Assembly: GCA_963841735.1 (NCBI GenBank) | Contig: CAWJDT010000001.1 | Span: 1-64,000 of the forward strand | Length of the DNA stretch: 64,000 bases | Reading direction: 5' to 3' | Source: an uncultured Actinomycetes bacterium | Lineage (GTDB): Bacteria; Actinomycetota; Thermoleophilia; RBG-16-64-13 | In this document: piece after piece, positions 1-9,555 of the stretch | How the letters are laid out: each line of letters begins with the position of its first letter | Numbering within the stretch: position 1 is the first letter of the stretch | The notes under the pieces: model-generated | The model's input: only the letters and a program-made list of their open reading frames with translations | The model's database searches: none | Told to the model about the DNA's origin: nothing | Made by a program: the position numbers and the translations under genes

Positions 1-1110
1 TATCCCATCACTCCGCAGACCGAAGTGGTGCAGCTCTACGCTCAGATAGTGGCCGATGGCAAGGTGGACAGCGAGTTCGTCACGGTGGAGTCGGAGCACT
101 CGGCCATGAGCGCCGTGATCGGCTCGGCGGCCGCGGGCGCCCGCACCATGACGGCGACCTCCTCCCAGGGTTACGCCCTGATGTGGGAGCTCCTCTTCGT
201 AGCCTCGAGCTACCGCCTGCCCATAGTGATGACCACAGTGAACCGTGCGCTTTCGGGCCCCATCAACATCCACTGCGACCACAGTGACACCATGGGCGGC
301 CGGGACACCGGCTGGATCCAGCTTTATGGCGAGGATCATCAGCAGGCTTACGACAACTGCATCCAGTCCATCCGCATCGCGGAACACATGGACATCCGTA
401 CGCCTACCATGCATATGTACGACGGCTACGTGATCAGTGGGGCCATCGGACCTCTGGTCATGCTTCCGGACGACAAGGTCAAGGAATTCGTCGGACCCTA
501 CAAGGCCATCAACCCTCTGCTCGATGTCGAGCACCCGGTCACGGTGGGCCCCTTTGACGGCCTGCACGGCTGGTACTTCGAGCACAAGGTCTCGCAGAAC
601 CGGGCCATGGACCGGGCGTTCAAAGTGATCCAAGACGTCGCCGACGAGTACGCGGAGTTGAGTGGCCGCCATTACGGGCTGCTGGACCCCTACCGCCTCG
701 AAGACGCCGAGATCGCCATCGTGGTCATCGGTTCGACCGCCGGTACCACGCGCATGATCGTGGACAAGCTCCGCGCAAGAGGAGTCAAAGCCGGCATGGT
801 GCGGGTGCGGGTCTTCCGCCCCTTCCCCGCGGCGGCCTTCGCCAAAGCGCTTGAGCACGTGAAGGTAGTGGGAGTGATGGATCGCGCCGACTCCTTCGGC
901 GCCCAAGGCGGACCGGTGTTCTTGGAGATCCGGGCGGCCCTCTACGACAGTGAAGCCCGGCCCCAGGTCTTGCCGTTCATCTACGGCCTGGGCGGACGGG
1001 ACATCTATCCCGACAACATCGAGCAGGCCTTCGCCGTGCTCGAGCAGGCAGCGCAGAGCAAGAAGCGGACCTCCACCGAGCGCCGCTATCTCAACCTGCG
1101 GGAGGACTGA
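1..1110 (+). CDS. porA: Pyruvate/2-oxoacid:ferredoxin oxidoreductase alpha subunit (5' partial)
   Basis: Frame from base 1 reads YPITPQTE...ESEHSAMS...TATSSQG...GLGGRD, the PorA signature motifs. Confidence 0.92.
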   Translation, partial: YPITPQTEVVQLYAQIVADGKVDSEFVTVESEHSAMSAVIGSAAAGARTMTATSSQGYALMWELLFVASSYRLPIVMTTVNRALSGPINIHCDHSDTMGGRDTGWIQLYGEDHQQAYDNCIQSIRIAEHMDIRTPTMHMYDGYVISGAIGPLVMLPDDKVKEFVGPYKAINPLLDVEHPVTVGPFDGLHGWYFEHKVSQNRAMDRAFKVIQDVADEYAELSGRHYGLLDPYRLEDAEIAIVVIGSTAGTTRMIVDKLRARGVKAGMVRVRVFRPFPAAAFAKALEHVKVVGVMDRADSFGAQGGPVFLEIRAALYDSEARPQVLPFIYGLGGRDIYPDNIEQAFAVLEQAAQSKKRTSTERRYLNLRED

Positions 1111-1120
1111 GGTGGCCGCG

Positions 1121-1957
1121 ATGACTAACGGGAGCAACGGTAACGACAAAGGATCCCGCGGCGCGGAGCCCAAGGGCTCCGCTCTCTACGAAGTCCTCAA
1201 GGGCATCGACTTCGAGCGCAGGCAACTGGTGGGCAAAGCTCCTCGAGAGGGGCACTTCGACCTCGTTTGGGACAAGGACGGCGGCTATCGCTGCTATTCG
1301 TGCACCCTCTGCGAGCGTACCTGCCCGACCAACTGTATCGAGTTGGAGTACTGCCCCGATTTCCCGGAGGAGCCCTTTGATATCAAAGCGGCTCGCGCCG
1401 CCGCCCTGGCCACCCTGCCGGGAGAGAGTTGCGGAGCCGCCTCGGCCTGCGTAATGGGCGAGAATCCGGCCCAGTTCGTACCAGAGATCGACATGAAGCT
1501 GTTCGACCCGGTGGTCGCCGGCATCCGCTCGGGATCAGGGCTGGTGGAAGCGTTGCACGCTACCCAAGAGGCCTATGGCTACCTGCCCCGGGTGGCGCTG
1601 GAGAACATCGCCGAGGAGATGCGCCTGCCGTTCTCCAGGATCTACGGAGTGGCCAGCTTCTATTCCCAGTTCCGTCTGCGGCCGGTGGGCAAGCATGTCA
1701 TCGACGTTTGCATGGGCACGGCCTGCCACGTGGCCGGCGCGCCCCTGGTTGTGGAAGCGTTCAGCCAAGAACTTGAGATCCCCATCGGAGGGACCACCCC
1801 CGACGGGCTCTTTACGCTCCAAACGGTCAACTGCGTAGGTGCCTGCGCCCTCGCGCCGGTGGTGCGCATAGGCAACGACGAGACCTTCGGCCGCATGGGT
1901 CCCACTGAGGCCCGCAGACTGGTGCGAAAGCTGCGCAAGCAGGAGGTGGCCTCATGA
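1121..1957 (+). CDS. NuoE/HydC (BfuC)-like 2Fe-2S subunit with an N-terminal 4Fe-4S ferredoxin-like extension
   Basis: ATG at 1121 after GAGGTGG; N-terminal CYSCTLCERTCP; C-terminal CMGTAC...CVGAC thioredoxin-like 2Fe-2S motif. Confidence 0.88.
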   Translation: MTNGSNGNDKGSRGAEPKGSALYEVLKGIDFERRQLVGKAPREGHFDLVWDKDGGYRCYSCTLCERTCPTNCIELEYCPDFPEEPFDIKAARAAALATLPGESCGAASACVMGENPAQFVPEIDMKLFDPVVAGIRSGSGLVEALHATQEAYGYLPRVALENIAEEMRLPFSRIYGVASFYSQFRLRPVGKHVIDVCMGTACHVAGAPLVVEAFSQELEIPIGGTTPDGLFTLQTVNCVGACALAPVVRIGNDETFGRMGPTEARRLVRKLRKQEVAS

Positions 1958-3900
1958 GTGCCGCCGTCAACGCAGCCGACCGCGCCGCCAAGATCGACGC
2001 GGCACTCCAAGCCGCGGCCGGCAAGGACGCCTATCTGGCCGACGACGCCAAGACCGAGATACGCCTATGTGCAGGCACCGCCTGCCACGCCTCCGGCCGG
2101 TTAGCTCTCCGCAAGGCGGTGGAGAAGTCGCTGGCCGAGCGGGGGCTTGCCGACAAGGTCAAGATCGTCGAAACGGGCTGTCACGGCTTCTGCGAGCAGG
2201 GCCCCATCATCGTGCTCCGTCCACAAGGCCTCTTCTACCCCCGGCTCAAGCCCGGTGACATCGACGAGATCGTCGAGACAAGCGTCATCGGCGATGGCAT
2301 CGTCGATCGCCTGCTGTACAAGCATCCGGGCACCGGCGAGCCGCTGGCCCACGAGAAAGACATCCCCTTCTACGCGCTGCAGAAGCGCGTAGTGCTCAGC
2401 CTCAACGGCAAGATCGACCCGTTCTCATTGGACGACTATCTGGCCCACGACGGGTATTCGGCGCTGGCCAAGGTGCTCAAGGCCGCCGACCCCGAAGCGG
2501 TGATCGCCGAGATCGAGCGGAGCGGTCTGCGCGGACGGGGCGGCGCCGGCTTCCCCACGGCCAAGAAGTGGCGCTCGTGCCGGACCAACCCGGGCGAGAA
2601 GCACTACATCATCTGCAATGCCGACGAGGGCGACCCCGGGGCCTTCATGGACCGGTCGGTACTCGAAGGCAACCCTCACTCTGTGGTTGAAGGTATGATT
2701 ATCGCCGCCTACGCCATCGGCGGCGGGTCCTCGCAGGCATGCGCAGGCAACGGTCCGGTGGAAGGCTACGTGTACGTACGCCACGAGTACCCCTTCGCCG
2801 TCGAACGGCTGCGTCATGCGCTCACTCAGGCCCGCGAACACAACCTGCTGGGCGAGGACATCTTGGGATCGGGTTTTGGCTTCGACATCCGCATCAACCA
2901 AGGCGCCGGTGCGTTTGTGTGCGGCGAGTCCACGGCTCTCACCCTCTCCATCGAGGGACAGCGGGGCATGCCTCGAGGCAAGCACATCCGCACGGTGGCT
3001 TCGGGCCTCTGGGGCCAACCCACCAACCTCAACAACGTGGAGACCTACGCCAACGTGCCGTGGATCGTCAACCACGGCGCCGAGGAGTTCGCCTCGGTGG
3101 GCACCGCCACCAGCAAGGGCACCAAGATCTTCTCGCTCACCGGCAAAGTGGTGAACGGCGGCCTAATCGAGGTGCCAATGGGCGCCACTCTGCGAGAGGT
3201 CATCTTCGACATCGGCGGCGGGATGCTGCCGGGCCGCGAGTTCAAGGCCGTGCAACTGGGAGGTCCCTCTGGGGGCTGCCTGCCGGCTTCGCTTCTCGAT
3301 CAACCGATCGATTTCGAGAGCTTGGTGGCAGCCGGCTCCATGATGGGGTCGGGCGGAATGGTCGTGGTAGACGACACCACTTGCATGGTGGACTTCGCCA
3401 AGTTCTTTCTCAAGTTCACCGCCGAGGAGAGTTGCGGCAAGTGTGTGCCCTGCCGGGTAGGCACTACCCGCATGCTCGAGATCCTCGAGCGCATCTCAGC
3501 CGGTACGGCAACCCTGGATGACATGGAACTGCTGCAGCAGTTGGCCGCCGATGTTGCGGAGGGCTCCCTCTGCGCCCTGGGAGGCAGCGCCCCCAATCCG
3601 GTGCTGTCGACCCTGCGCTACTTCCGAGATGAAGTCATGGCTCACGTGGTGGAACACCGCTGCCCGGCGAAGGTCTGCCGGCCGCTCATCCGGTACACCA
3701 TCGACGAAGAAGCCTGCACGGGTTGCCGTGCCTGCTTCACCGCCTGCCCATCCAACGCGGTCAGCGGCGAACGCAAAGAGCCACATCGCATCGATCAGAA
3801 GCTCTGTATCAAATGTGACGCCTGCCGGCAGGCCTGTCGCTTCGACGCGGTCCGCGTCGAGACGGGCATACTCACGCCGGCCGGAGGGAGGCCCCGATGA
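1954..3900 (+). CDS. NuoF/HydB (BfuB)-like FMN/NAD(H)-binding subunit
   Basis: N-terminal 2Fe-2S domain, GRGGAGF, CNADEGDPGAFMDR, GGPSGG, ESCGKCVPCR and two C-terminal 4Fe-4S motifs. Confidence 0.93.
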   Translation: MSAAVNAADRAAKIDAALQAAAGKDAYLADDAKTEIRLCAGTACHASGRLALRKAVEKSLAERGLADKVKIVETGCHGFCEQGPIIVLRPQGLFYPRLKPGDIDEIVETSVIGDGIVDRLLYKHPGTGEPLAHEKDIPFYALQKRVVLSLNGKIDPFSLDDYLAHDGYSALAKVLKAADPEAVIAEIERSGLRGRGGAGFPTAKKWRSCRTNPGEKHYIICNADEGDPGAFMDRSVLEGNPHSVVEGMIIAAYAIGGGSSQACAGNGPVEGYVYVRHEYPFAVERLRHALTQAREHNLLGEDILGSGFGFDIRINQGAGAFVCGESTALTLSIEGQRGMPRGKHIRTVASGLWGQPTNLNNVETYANVPWIVNHGAEEFASVGTATSKGTKIFSLTGKVVNGGLIEVPMGATLREVIFDIGGGMLPGREFKAVQLGGPSGGCLPASLLDQPIDFESLVAAGSMMGSGGMVVVDDTTCMVDFAKFFLKFTAEESCGKCVPCRVGTTRMLEILERISAGTATLDDMELLQQLAADVAEGSLCALGGSAPNPVLSTLRYFRDEVMAHVVEHRCPAKVCRPLIRYTIDEEACTGCRACFTACPSNAVSGERKEPHRIDQKLCIKCDACRQACRFDAVRVETGILTPAGGRPR

Positions 3901-6900
3901 GCGCGCCGAAAGCAAGCCCGGCCGGAAAGACCGGCGCGACGACCGGCGTGAAGCTCACGATCGACGGTATGACAGTAGCCGCCCATAGCGGCGAAACCGT
4001 CCTCGAAATCGCCCGCCGCGAAGGTATCAACATCCCCGCTCTGTGCCACATCGCCGAGACGGCGGCCTGGGGAGCCTGCCGCCTGTGCATGGTGGAGGTA
4101 GCGGGAGTGGACAAACTCCAAGCCGCCTGCACTACCTGGGCCAGCGACGGCCTGGTGGTCAAGACCGACACCCCGCACATCCGCGCCCGTCGAGAGAGCT
4201 ACCTCAAAATGTACCTCTCCGACCACAACGCCTACTGTGAGGCACCGTGCTCGCACGCCTGCCCCACTCACATCGACATCCCCGCCTACATGGCGGCGCT
4301 GGCCGCCGGCGACGCCGCCGGCGCGGCCGCTATCGTGCGGGCCGAGTTGCCCTTCCCCGGCATCCTGGGGCGCATCTGCCCCCGCTACTGCGAGCCGGTA
4401 TGCCGTCGGGGCGACGTTGACGAACCCATCGCCATCTGCGCCCTGCACCGTGCCTTGGCAGACCATCCGGCCGGAACCGCGGCGGGACTCCACCTGGGAA
4501 CCGACAGCGGCAAGCGAGTGGCCATCGTGGGAGCCGGCCCGGCCGGCCTCGCGGCCGCATGGTTCCTCACCCAGCACGGGCATCAGGTCACCATATACGA
4601 CACCGAGCCGAAGGCTGGTGGCTCGCTGCGCTATACGATCCCCGAGTTCAGACTGCCCGAGAAGGCGCTCGACGCTGAGCTGCAGCCGTTGTGGGACGCC
4701 GGAGTACGCTTCGTGGGCGAATCTGAGTTCGCAGGCGCGGGCGACCATGCCAACCTTCTGAACGCCGGGTTTGACGCGGTGGTCGTATCTACCGGGAGTG
4801 GCGCCCCAGATGCAGCCGTCACGGCAGCGGGCACAGCCCAACCGGCCGACAACGGCGCACTTTCCGCGCTCGCCTTCCTCAGAAGCGCGCGGACAGGCAC
4901 GGCTTCGAAGTTGACCGGCAAGGTGGTAGTCGTCGGCGGAAGCCAGACGGGCCTGGACGCCGCCCGCACCGCTCTGCGCCTGGGAGCCACCGACGTGACT
5001 GTCGTCACCAAGCACGATGCCGCCACCCTACCCGCCGGCAGCCACGAGCTTACCGCCGCCACGGACGATGGCGTGAAGTTCGAGTTCCGCGACCAGGGGA
5101 GCACCGACGCAAGTGTACCCGAAGGTACGACGCTCATCATTGCCAAAGAGCATCTGGCGGGCGCGGCTAGGCTCGCCGACGCCAACAAGTACACCGGCCG
5201 GACGGCCCGGAAGGGCCTGTTTGCCGCGGGTGACGCCGTGACCGGGGCGCAGTCGGCCATCCACGCCGTGGCGGGCGGCAAGCGCACCGCGCTGGCCGTC
5301 GATGCCTGGCTGCGGGGTTTGGACCTGGTCGCTCTGGAGAAGCAGCTGGATGCCTTCGCCGCTCTCCCCTATCTCGATCAGATCGAAAAGACCGCTGAAC
5401 TCGGCGCGGCCGGGCAGCGCCTCGCCGAGCGCGCGCCGGTGTGGCTCAAGATGGGCGCCACGGCCGAGCCCGCCGCCCGCGCTTCCATGCCCGTGGCGGC
5501 CAAGGCTTCTCGGCTTGCCGGCGTCGACATCGAGGTGGAAACAGGCCTAAGTCTCGCCACCGCGCAGGAGGAAGCCAAGCGCTGCCTGCAATGCGTGTGC
5601 CCCAGCCTCGGCACCTGCGAGTTGCAGAAGCTGGGAGTGCAGTACGGCCTGACCACCAACGAGCTGGTCACTCCGGCCGCCCGGGTGCGACTGGTCGAGC
5701 CCCAGTACGAGCATCCGTTCATCAGGCGCGCCATGGAGCGCTGTATCTCCTGCGGCCGCTGCGTACGCACCTGCCGGGACGTAGCCGGCCCTGCCTGCTA
5801 CGACTTCACCGGACGCGGCTTCACCATGAACGTCGATACCCCGTACGGCGAAGCTCTGCAGTTGGCCGACTGCATCACCTGCGGCCGCTGCGTGACCGTC
5901 TGCCCAACCGGAGCGCTGACCTTCAACGAGCGCGCTTTGCGCTCCTTCAAGGTGGACGAGAGCCGCTGCATCATGTGCAAGGAGTGCGTCGATGTGTGCC
6001 CGGTGGACGCCCTCAAGGAGACCGACCACTTCGAGCAAGCGCGGCAGAGATGGCTCGAGTTGGTCGCGCAGGGCAGCCAACTGGCCGGTGGCCACCGCAT
6101 GTGTGCCGGTTGCGGCGCCCCCATCGTGGTGCGCCAGATACTCATGGGCACCAGCGACCCCGTGGTAGTCAGCTCCGCCACAGGCTGCCTCGAAGTGAGC
6201 ACCACCATCTACCCCTACACCTCCTGGAAGGGTAGCTTCATACACACCGCCTTCGAGAACTCCGCCGCCACTTTGAGCGGAGTCGAGACCGCCTATAGGG
6301 CCCTCAAGAAGAAAGGCGCCATAGAGGAGAACGTCAAGTTCATCGCCTTTGGCGGTGACGGCGGCACCTACGACATCGGGCTGCAGTCGCTCTCGGGCGC
6401 AATGGAGCGCGGTCACCGCATGCTCTACGTGTGCTACGACAACGGCGCCTATATGAATACCGGCTTCCAGCGTTCGGGTGCCACTCCCACGGGAGCCTGG
6501 ACCACCACCAGCCCGGTGGGTAAGGAAGAAGCCGGCAAATCCCAGAATCGCAAGAACCTCACCGAGATCATGATCGCCCACGGCCTCAAGTATGTCGCCC
6601 AGGCGTCTCCCCACGATCCGCGGGACCTGGTGCGTAAGGCCTCCAAGGCGCTCAGCGTTGACGGACCGACTTTCCTCAACGTGCTCTCTCCCTGCCCGCG
6701 TGGCTGGCGCTCCGACGGTGCCGAAAGCATCGACCTCGCTCGGGAGGCGATCAACACCTGCTACTGGCCGCTTTTTGAATACGAGGAGGGTGAGTACCAC
6801 CTCACTTACCGGCCGCATCACAAGCTGCCCCTAGTGCCCTGGCTGAAGCGGCAGGGTCGCTTTGCCCACCTGTTCCAACCGGGCTTCGAGGACTCCCTGA

Positions 6901-7016
6901 AGCGCATCGAAGAATATGTGGACGAAGAATGGGAGAAGCTCCTGCGCAAGTGCGGCGAGCCCACTGAGGCGGACTGGCAGGCACACCTGCAGGCGGACGG
7001 CTGCCTGCTGCGTTGA
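3897..7016 (+). CDS. Fusion: NuoG/HydA-like Fe-S N-terminus + GltD/NfnB-like flavin domain + polyferredoxin + PorB (TPP-binding)
   Basis: GACRLCMVE; CEAPCSHACP...GRICP..CE; GAGPAG; CISCGRCVRTC and two further CxxCxxCxxxCP; GHRMCAGCG, GGDGGTYDIG, YDNGAYMNTG, SPCPRGW. Confidence 0.9.
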   Translation: MSAPKASPAGKTGATTGVKLTIDGMTVAAHSGETVLEIARREGINIPALCHIAETAAWGACRLCMVEVAGVDKLQAACTTWASDGLVVKTDTPHIRARRESYLKMYLSDHNAYCEAPCSHACPTHIDIPAYMAALAAGDAAGAAAIVRAELPFPGILGRICPRYCEPVCRRGDVDEPIAICALHRALADHPAGTAAGLHLGTDSGKRVAIVGAGPAGLAAAWFLTQHGHQVTIYDTEPKAGGSLRYTIPEFRLPEKALDAELQPLWDAGVRFVGESEFAGAGDHANLLNAGFDAVVVSTGSGAPDAAVTAAGTAQPADNGALSALAFLRSARTGTASKLTGKVVVVGGSQTGLDAARTALRLGATDVTVVTKHDAATLPAGSHELTAATDDGVKFEFRDQGSTDASVPEGTTLIIAKEHLAGAARLADANKYTGRTARKGLFAAGDAVTGAQSAIHAVAGGKRTALAVDAWLRGLDLVALEKQLDAFAALPYLDQIEKTAELGAAGQRLAERAPVWLKMGATAEPAARASMPVAAKASRLAGVDIEVETGLSLATAQEEAKRCLQCVCPSLGTCELQKLGVQYGLTTNELVTPAARVRLVEPQYEHPFIRRAMERCISCGRCVRTCRDVAGPACYDFTGRGFTMNVDTPYGEALQLADCITCGRCVTVCPTGALTFNERALRSFKVDESRCIMCKECVDVCPVDALKETDHFEQARQRWLELVAQGSQLAGGHRMCAGCGAPIVVRQILMGTSDPVVVSSATGCLEVSTTIYPYTSWKGSFIHTAFENSAATLSGVETAYRALKKKGAIEENVKFIAFGGDGGTYDIGLQSLSGAMERGHRMLYVCYDNGAYMNTGFQRSGATPTGAWTTTSPVGKEEAGKSQNRKNLTEIMIAHGLKYVAQASPHDPRDLVRKASKALSVDGPTFLNVLSPCPRGWRSDGAESIDLAREAINTCYWPLFEYEEGEYHLTYRPHHKLPLVPWLKRQGRFAHLFQPGFEDSLKRIEEYVDEEWEKLLRKCGEPTEADWQAHLQADGCLLR

Positions 7017-7029
7017 GCAGAGGTCGATC

Positions 7030-7737
7030 ATGAGCGTCGCCCACAGCCACACTCACAGCGAGCACCACGACGGTCGCATACGGCCCGACCAGGGCCACCG
7101 CCTGGACGACCCGCGGCGCCTGGAGACGCAGGTGAGCGAGCCCGACCTGGCCCGCCTCCTCGCCCTGCGCGGCGACGAGGACGTGCTGGACCTCGGCAGC
7201 GGGACCGGCTTCTACACCAGCCGCATCGCAGCGCTCACCACCGGGACGGTCTACGCCGCGGAACTCCAGCCCGAGATGAACAACCACTACCGCCGCCGAG
7301 GCGTGCCGGCCAACGTCCGCTTGGTCTTGGCCGACATGACCGCACTGCCGGTCGAGCCCGCGGGCGCGGACCCCGGCGCGAGCCCCGGAGCGGGCCCCGG
7401 CGCGGACCCCGCAACTGCAGCCGGCGAGGCCGACGGCGCCGCGCTCCTCCCCGCCAGTGTGGATGTCGTTTGCACCATCGCCACCTGGCACGAAGTGGAC
7501 GGCAAGGTCGACCTGCCCGGCTTGGCCAGGGTCCTGAGGCCCGGCGGCAGGTTGCTGGTCATCGACTGGCGCAAGGATCCTGAGTCTTGGCAGAACGGCC
7601 CACCAGAGCAGGTGCGCTTCAGCAAAGAAGAGGTCGCGGCAACCCTCAAGTCCCACTTCACTGTGACCTCGACCGAAAACCTCGGTCGCTTCATGTTCGC
7701 AGTGACTGCACGACGCGTGAACCCTCCCGCGCTATGA
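7030..7737 (+). CDS. Class I SAM-dependent methyltransferase
   Basis: VLDLGSGTGFY motif I; RVLRPGGRLLVIDW; ATG at 7030. Confidence 0.85.
   Translation: MSVAHSHTHSEHHDGRIRPDQGHRLDDPRRLETQVSEPDLARLLALRGDEDVLDLGSGTGFYTSRIAALTTGTVYAAELQPEMNNHYRRRGVPANVRLVLADMTALPVEPAGADPGASPGAGPGADPATAAGEADGAALLPASVDVVCTIATWHEVDGKVDLPGLARVLRPGGRLLVIDWRKDPESWQNGPPEQVRFSKEEVAATLKSHFTVTSTENLGRFMFAVTARRVNPPAL
7363..7410 (+). repeat. 4 x 12-bp in-frame tandem repeat (GGCGCGGACCCC-like) encoding GADP-GASP-GAGP-GADP
   Basis: Read directly from the sequence. Confidence 0.85.
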
Positions 7738-7781
7738 TGGAGCGCAGATAGCGCCAGCACAGATTGGGGGGACTTCCTCGC

Positions 7782-8536
7782 GTGAACGCCAAACCCATCT
7801 TTGCCCAGTACTTCAAGGACCTTCACGGCGTAGCCCGGCAGGGAGATGCTCGGGAAGAGAGCTTCTATTCCCCGCTCTCAGTGATGCTCAAGGCCGTCGC
7901 CCAAGAGACAGGGCACCGAGATGTGAGCGTCACCACGTTGCCCAAGTCCACCGACGCCGGTAACCCCGACTTTCGCATCTGGAACGGCACCGACCGCATC
8001 GTCGGCTACATCGAGGCCAAGAAGCCCACTGAGGAGCGGCTCGACGCCATCGAGGAGTCCAAGCAACTCAAGCGTTATCGTGCCACCTTCCCCAACCTGA
8101 TACTCACCAACTTCCTCGAGTTCAGGCTCTACCGTAACGGCCAACGCGTGGACGAGGTGCTGGCAGCCCAGCCATTCGTGCTCAACCGTATGCAGACGGC
8201 GCCGCCGGTGCAGCGGGCCGACGAACTGGCCCAGCTGCTCGACAAGTTCTTGGATTTCTCCCTGCCCAAGACCTTCACCGCCGAGTCGCTGGCCGTCGAG
8301 CTGGCCAAGCGCACCCGCTTCATGCGTGGACCTATCAGGCGGGCGGCTACCAGGTGTGCGAGAAGTGGCTCAAGGACCGCCGCGAGCGCCATCTGGAGAT
8401 AGACGACATACGCACCTACTGCCGCATAGTCACCGCGCTGGCGCGCACCATCGATCTGCAGCGCGACATCGATGCCCTCTACCCCCAGGTGGAGGCCAAG
8501 GTGGTCGAGATCACCGCAGGCGGCGCGGAGAGTTAG
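7782..8536 (+). pseudogene. Type IIG/ISP-like restriction-modification gene collapsed by a large internal deletion (N-terminal nuclease part joined out of frame to the C-terminal tail)
   Basis: N-part REESFY...GNPDFRIW...GYIEAK (PD-(D/E)xK) ends LAKRTRFMR at ~8326; then WTYQAGGYQVCEKWLKDR...(8327-8536), which matches the C-terminus of the 38789-42292 gene; methyltransferase and TRD absent. Confidence 0.8.
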
Positions 8537-8637
8537 GCCGCCAGAGTCGGTCCAAGGTCGCAGCCCCTCCGCCGACCGTCGGGGGTAGGGTTCTTTGTAC
8601 CCTTGCCTCTCGGGACTTCTTCCAAAAAGGGAATAAG

Positions 8638-8659
8638 GTACACTATGGCCATAGTGTAC
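8638..8659. promoter_or_regulatory. Perfect 22-bp palindrome GTACACTATGGCCATAGTGTAC, likely antitoxin operator
   Basis: Immediately upstream of the Phd-like antitoxin RBS. Confidence 0.7.
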
Positions 8660-8675
8660 TTATGAAGGAGGGCGG

Positions 8676-8930
8676 ATGACCTCTGTGACTGCCAAACAAC
8701 TGAAAGATAGTCCTAGCACCGTCTTGAGTCGGGTCCAGTATGGCAATGAGCGAGTGCTTGTTACTCGGCATGGCAAAGAAGTCGCGGTCGTTGTCTCGGT
8801 TGAAGACGCTCGTCTTCTTGCGCAACTGGAGGATCTACTTGACGCTCACGATGCTCTGGCTGCCATCGAAGAAGCCGAGCGCGACGGAACCATCAGCCTT
8901 GATGAGCTGCGCGCGAAGCTTGGCCACTGA
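8676..8930 (+). CDS. Phd/YefM family antitoxin
   Basis: 84 aa, ERVLVTRHGKEVAVVVS motif, acidic C-terminus. Confidence 0.88.
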   Translation: MTSVTAKQLKDSPSTVLSRVQYGNERVLVTRHGKEVAVVVSVEDARLLAQLEDLLDAHDALAAIEEAERDGTISLDELRAKLGH

Positions 8931-8936
8931 GGCCCA

Positions 8937-9233
8937 GTGGGCTATGAAGTCCGCATAGCTCCCGCCGCTGAGAAGGCTATCAGCAAGCTGTCCAAGTCTA
9001 TGCAGGTCTCTGTCTTGGACAAGATGCAGGAGTTGGGCGCTGTTCCGCGTCCGGCCGGCTGTGAGAAGGTCAGAGGTCTAGCTCACCACGAGGTGTTCCG
9101 AGCTAGGGCGACCGAGAACTATCGCATCATCTACCAGGTGAGGGACGCCGTTGCGGTGGTCCTGGTCGTGCGGGTGGCCGACCGTAAGGAGGTCTATCGG
9201 CGGATCGAGGATCTCAAGCGATTGCTTGGATAG
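8937..9233 (+). CDS. RelE/ParE family toxin
   Basis: YEVRIAPAAEK...PRPAGCEKVRG...YRIIY...VADRKEVYR. Confidence 0.88.
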   Translation: MGYEVRIAPAAEKAISKLSKSMQVSVLDKMQELGAVPRPAGCEKVRGLAHHEVFRARATENYRIIYQVRDAVAVVLVVRVADRKEVYRRIEDLKRLLG

Positions 9234-9251
9234 GCGACGTGGTGTCAACAC

Positions 9252-9555
9252 ATGGCGGACAAAGTGGGGCCGCGTGTCTGCCGGCGCAAGGAAGACTTGA
9301 ACATCACCATCAAGACGACCGTCGTCCCATTCGGGCGTATGCAGCTGAGCATCGATGAACAGGTGGCCCAGCAGCTGAAGTTGCCGGTGATAGATGTGGT
9401 CACAATCGCCTCTGCGTCGCACGCGAAGGCGGAGCAGAACGTCTATCCAATTCAGATCGAAGTCGTCGGCCTCCCGGTCACGGTCAACGCTTCTCGCTCC
9501 ATCGGTGCGCCACTCAAGCCCCAGGGTATCTGCGTGCTCATCGGCCGAGCCGCTA
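9252..9555 (+). pseudogene. Probable retropepsin-like aspartyl protease remnant lacking the catalytic DTGA and truncated at arfB
   Basis: SIDEQVAQQLKLP...YPIQIEV...VLIGR resembles the C-terminal half of clan AA proteases. Confidence 0.45.
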
